From NCBI GenBank assembly GCA_024137785.1, contig JAHRHZ010000025.1, positions 33,724,285 through 33,788,284 of the forward strand: 64,000 bases of DNA. The letters run 5' to 3'. This document shows, one piece after another, positions 62,416 to 64,000 of the stretch (its first letter is position 1; each line of letters begins with the position of its first letter). The stretch is from Ginglymostoma cirratum (Eukaryota). Under the pieces are notes generated by a model. The model had not been told where the DNA came from and did no database searches. It saw nothing but the letters and a program-made list of their open reading frames with translations. Both the position numbers and the translations under genes were made by a program.

Positions 62416-64000
62416 CTGAAGACGAATGTCTTTCATTAATTTCTGCCACCGATACAGTAACATAGCCTCCTCCGCCCAACATTACACTGTCCCGTCTCAC
62501 CAGTACTCCGCTACACTCCCCTCCCTCGTCTCTCTCTCTCTCCATACCGTCCTACTCTTTATTTCTGCCCACCGTTCTCGCCTTTGTTCTATTTATTTCT
62601 AAAGGTTTACTGATAAGAAATGACTGCTTTGCAGATTAACATTTCAACCAGCAGCGCTAATTTATGAAATACCAAAATTCTTTTTTTCTGGACTCAGGAA
62701 GCTACTTTGGCTTCGAATAAGGGGCTGGGCTGGGGGTGACGGTGGTAGGAAGGGGAAGAGCCGGTAACCCTGAGTCGAATCTCCATTGAAGGTGGGGTCA
62801 TTAAGAATGGGCGCAATCCGATTTGTCTGCGATCACCGCCGCTTCCTGCACACACAGTGTTGACACTCTTATGGGAATGAGGCAATAGCTGAGAGGAGGT
62901 GTGGCAGAGTCCCTGTGGGACCCTACAAAGGGTTCAAAGTAACCAAAGGGAGAATTGTAGAGGAAAATCACAAACAGGTTCAATGTTATCGCCCAGTGCG
63001 TGTAAAGAAATAGTAAGAATGTTTTTATTTCTTAAATCTATTTAGCAGTCAATCTGTTCAGGGAAGCTGTGAATACAGTTCAGGGGCAGGTGAGACTTGA
63101 CCAATTGTTAAGAGACCGGACCAAAGGACCAATCTGTAAGGGCGCGGGACCTCCGTCTCGCCCCAGGGCTTTTAAGAATCTTCCAGTATTTGTAAACGCA
63201 CAGACATTTTTGGTCTAAAGCTGTTCCCTTCTAAATGTTGCAGAAAACAACGAGCCGGGTCTTAATTAAATCTTGACCTGACGAGAAAGGGACCAGGAAT
63301 ATGCCTTTAATGGAAATCTGGATGTGGTCCAGTCTCTCAACCCAAGAAGTTAATTTATTCCGTTATTACTTAACAATCTTAATTGTTCTCTTTAAGGGGG
63401 AATGAATATATATTCCAGTACAGTCGGTCCATTCATTAAGACTGAAGTATTAAAGCATTGAACTTTCTGACATCTCCGCTTTCAGACAAGGCATTTTTCT
63501 CTTCCTGTCCTTGGACTTCCCCCTCTCTCTCTTCCAGCCCTGGGCCTCCCCGCTGATCAGGGCAACTTGAACACGTGCAAACACACTGGGGTCACTATTT
63601 AACCTCTCTGTATTAACAGCAAGTCAATTTCTAACATTGATCATCCAGCTCCAGGTAGATGCCAAAGATGCTGCTCCCAATGAAACCGATCGCAGGGGGC
63701 GGAGGCGGGGGCACCTGACAAAATGATTTGAGGAAATTGTCAAGAGCTGGAAGGGAAGTCAATTGAGGTATTTCTAGCGCGGGTCCCCTCAGACAGCATC
63801 CCAGGAGAGTGTGTTCGCTCATTTGTCAAATATTGAGTGGTAGAAATAAAACAAAAACATGGAGTGGTTACAGACAAACCAGCCATCAAAGACTACAAAA
63901 CTATCAGGTGCCCCAGGAGACAAGTAGACAGTGTGCTAGGGCTTGGTATCGAGAAGCTTCCAAGAGAAATCCTGCTCTTAAATGTTATGAAAAGGATTTA

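Larger units (their letters stand above)
56030..63800. promoter_or_regulatory. CpG-enriched (likely non-methylated) domain around the GRIK3 5' end
   Basis: CpG dinucleotides become visibly frequent from about 56030 compared with the depleted upstream 56 kb; few transposons inside. Confidence 0.7.

Noticed and set aside
61997-62545. 182-aa minus-strand ORF and overlapping ORFs in intron 1
   Set aside because: Made of a CT repeat, a CR1 tail and low-stop GC-richer sequence; no recognisable domain.

Overview
Eukaryotic, repeat-rich vertebrate DNA, almost certainly a shark or other elasmobranch (HE1-type V-SINEs, Deu-domain SINEs, shark-type CR1 and Penelope ends). About 56 kb of gene-free, transposon-layered sequence lies upstream of a CpG-enriched promoter domain (about 56.0-63.8 kb). 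That domain holds the only host coding exon I can support: exon 1 of the kainate receptor gene GRIK3 (57833-57917, + strand, MILEYRTGLIFYLFWIQYSHGMPHVIRI-G, phase-1 GT donor), followed by intron 1. Most ORFs in the supplied track are spurious or transposon remnants. Notable items: (i) minimal hammerhead ribozyme cores in tandem Penelope-like ends at 198 and 655, plus decayed copies; (ii) three remnants of one spuma/Loki-like endogenous retrovirus family (protease-RT, an Env membrane anchor, and a shared unassigned segment); (iii) a composite inverted duplication at 9.9-12.3 kb that reads as a head-to-tail junction of the adjacent 1.5-kb segment; (iv) a CR1 with a twin-priming-type 5' inversion; (v) small fold-back Penelope-end insertions. 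There are no prokaryotic systems, CRISPR arrays, rRNA or intact tRNA genes. Family names come from motif recognition by eye, and repeat boundaries are approximate.
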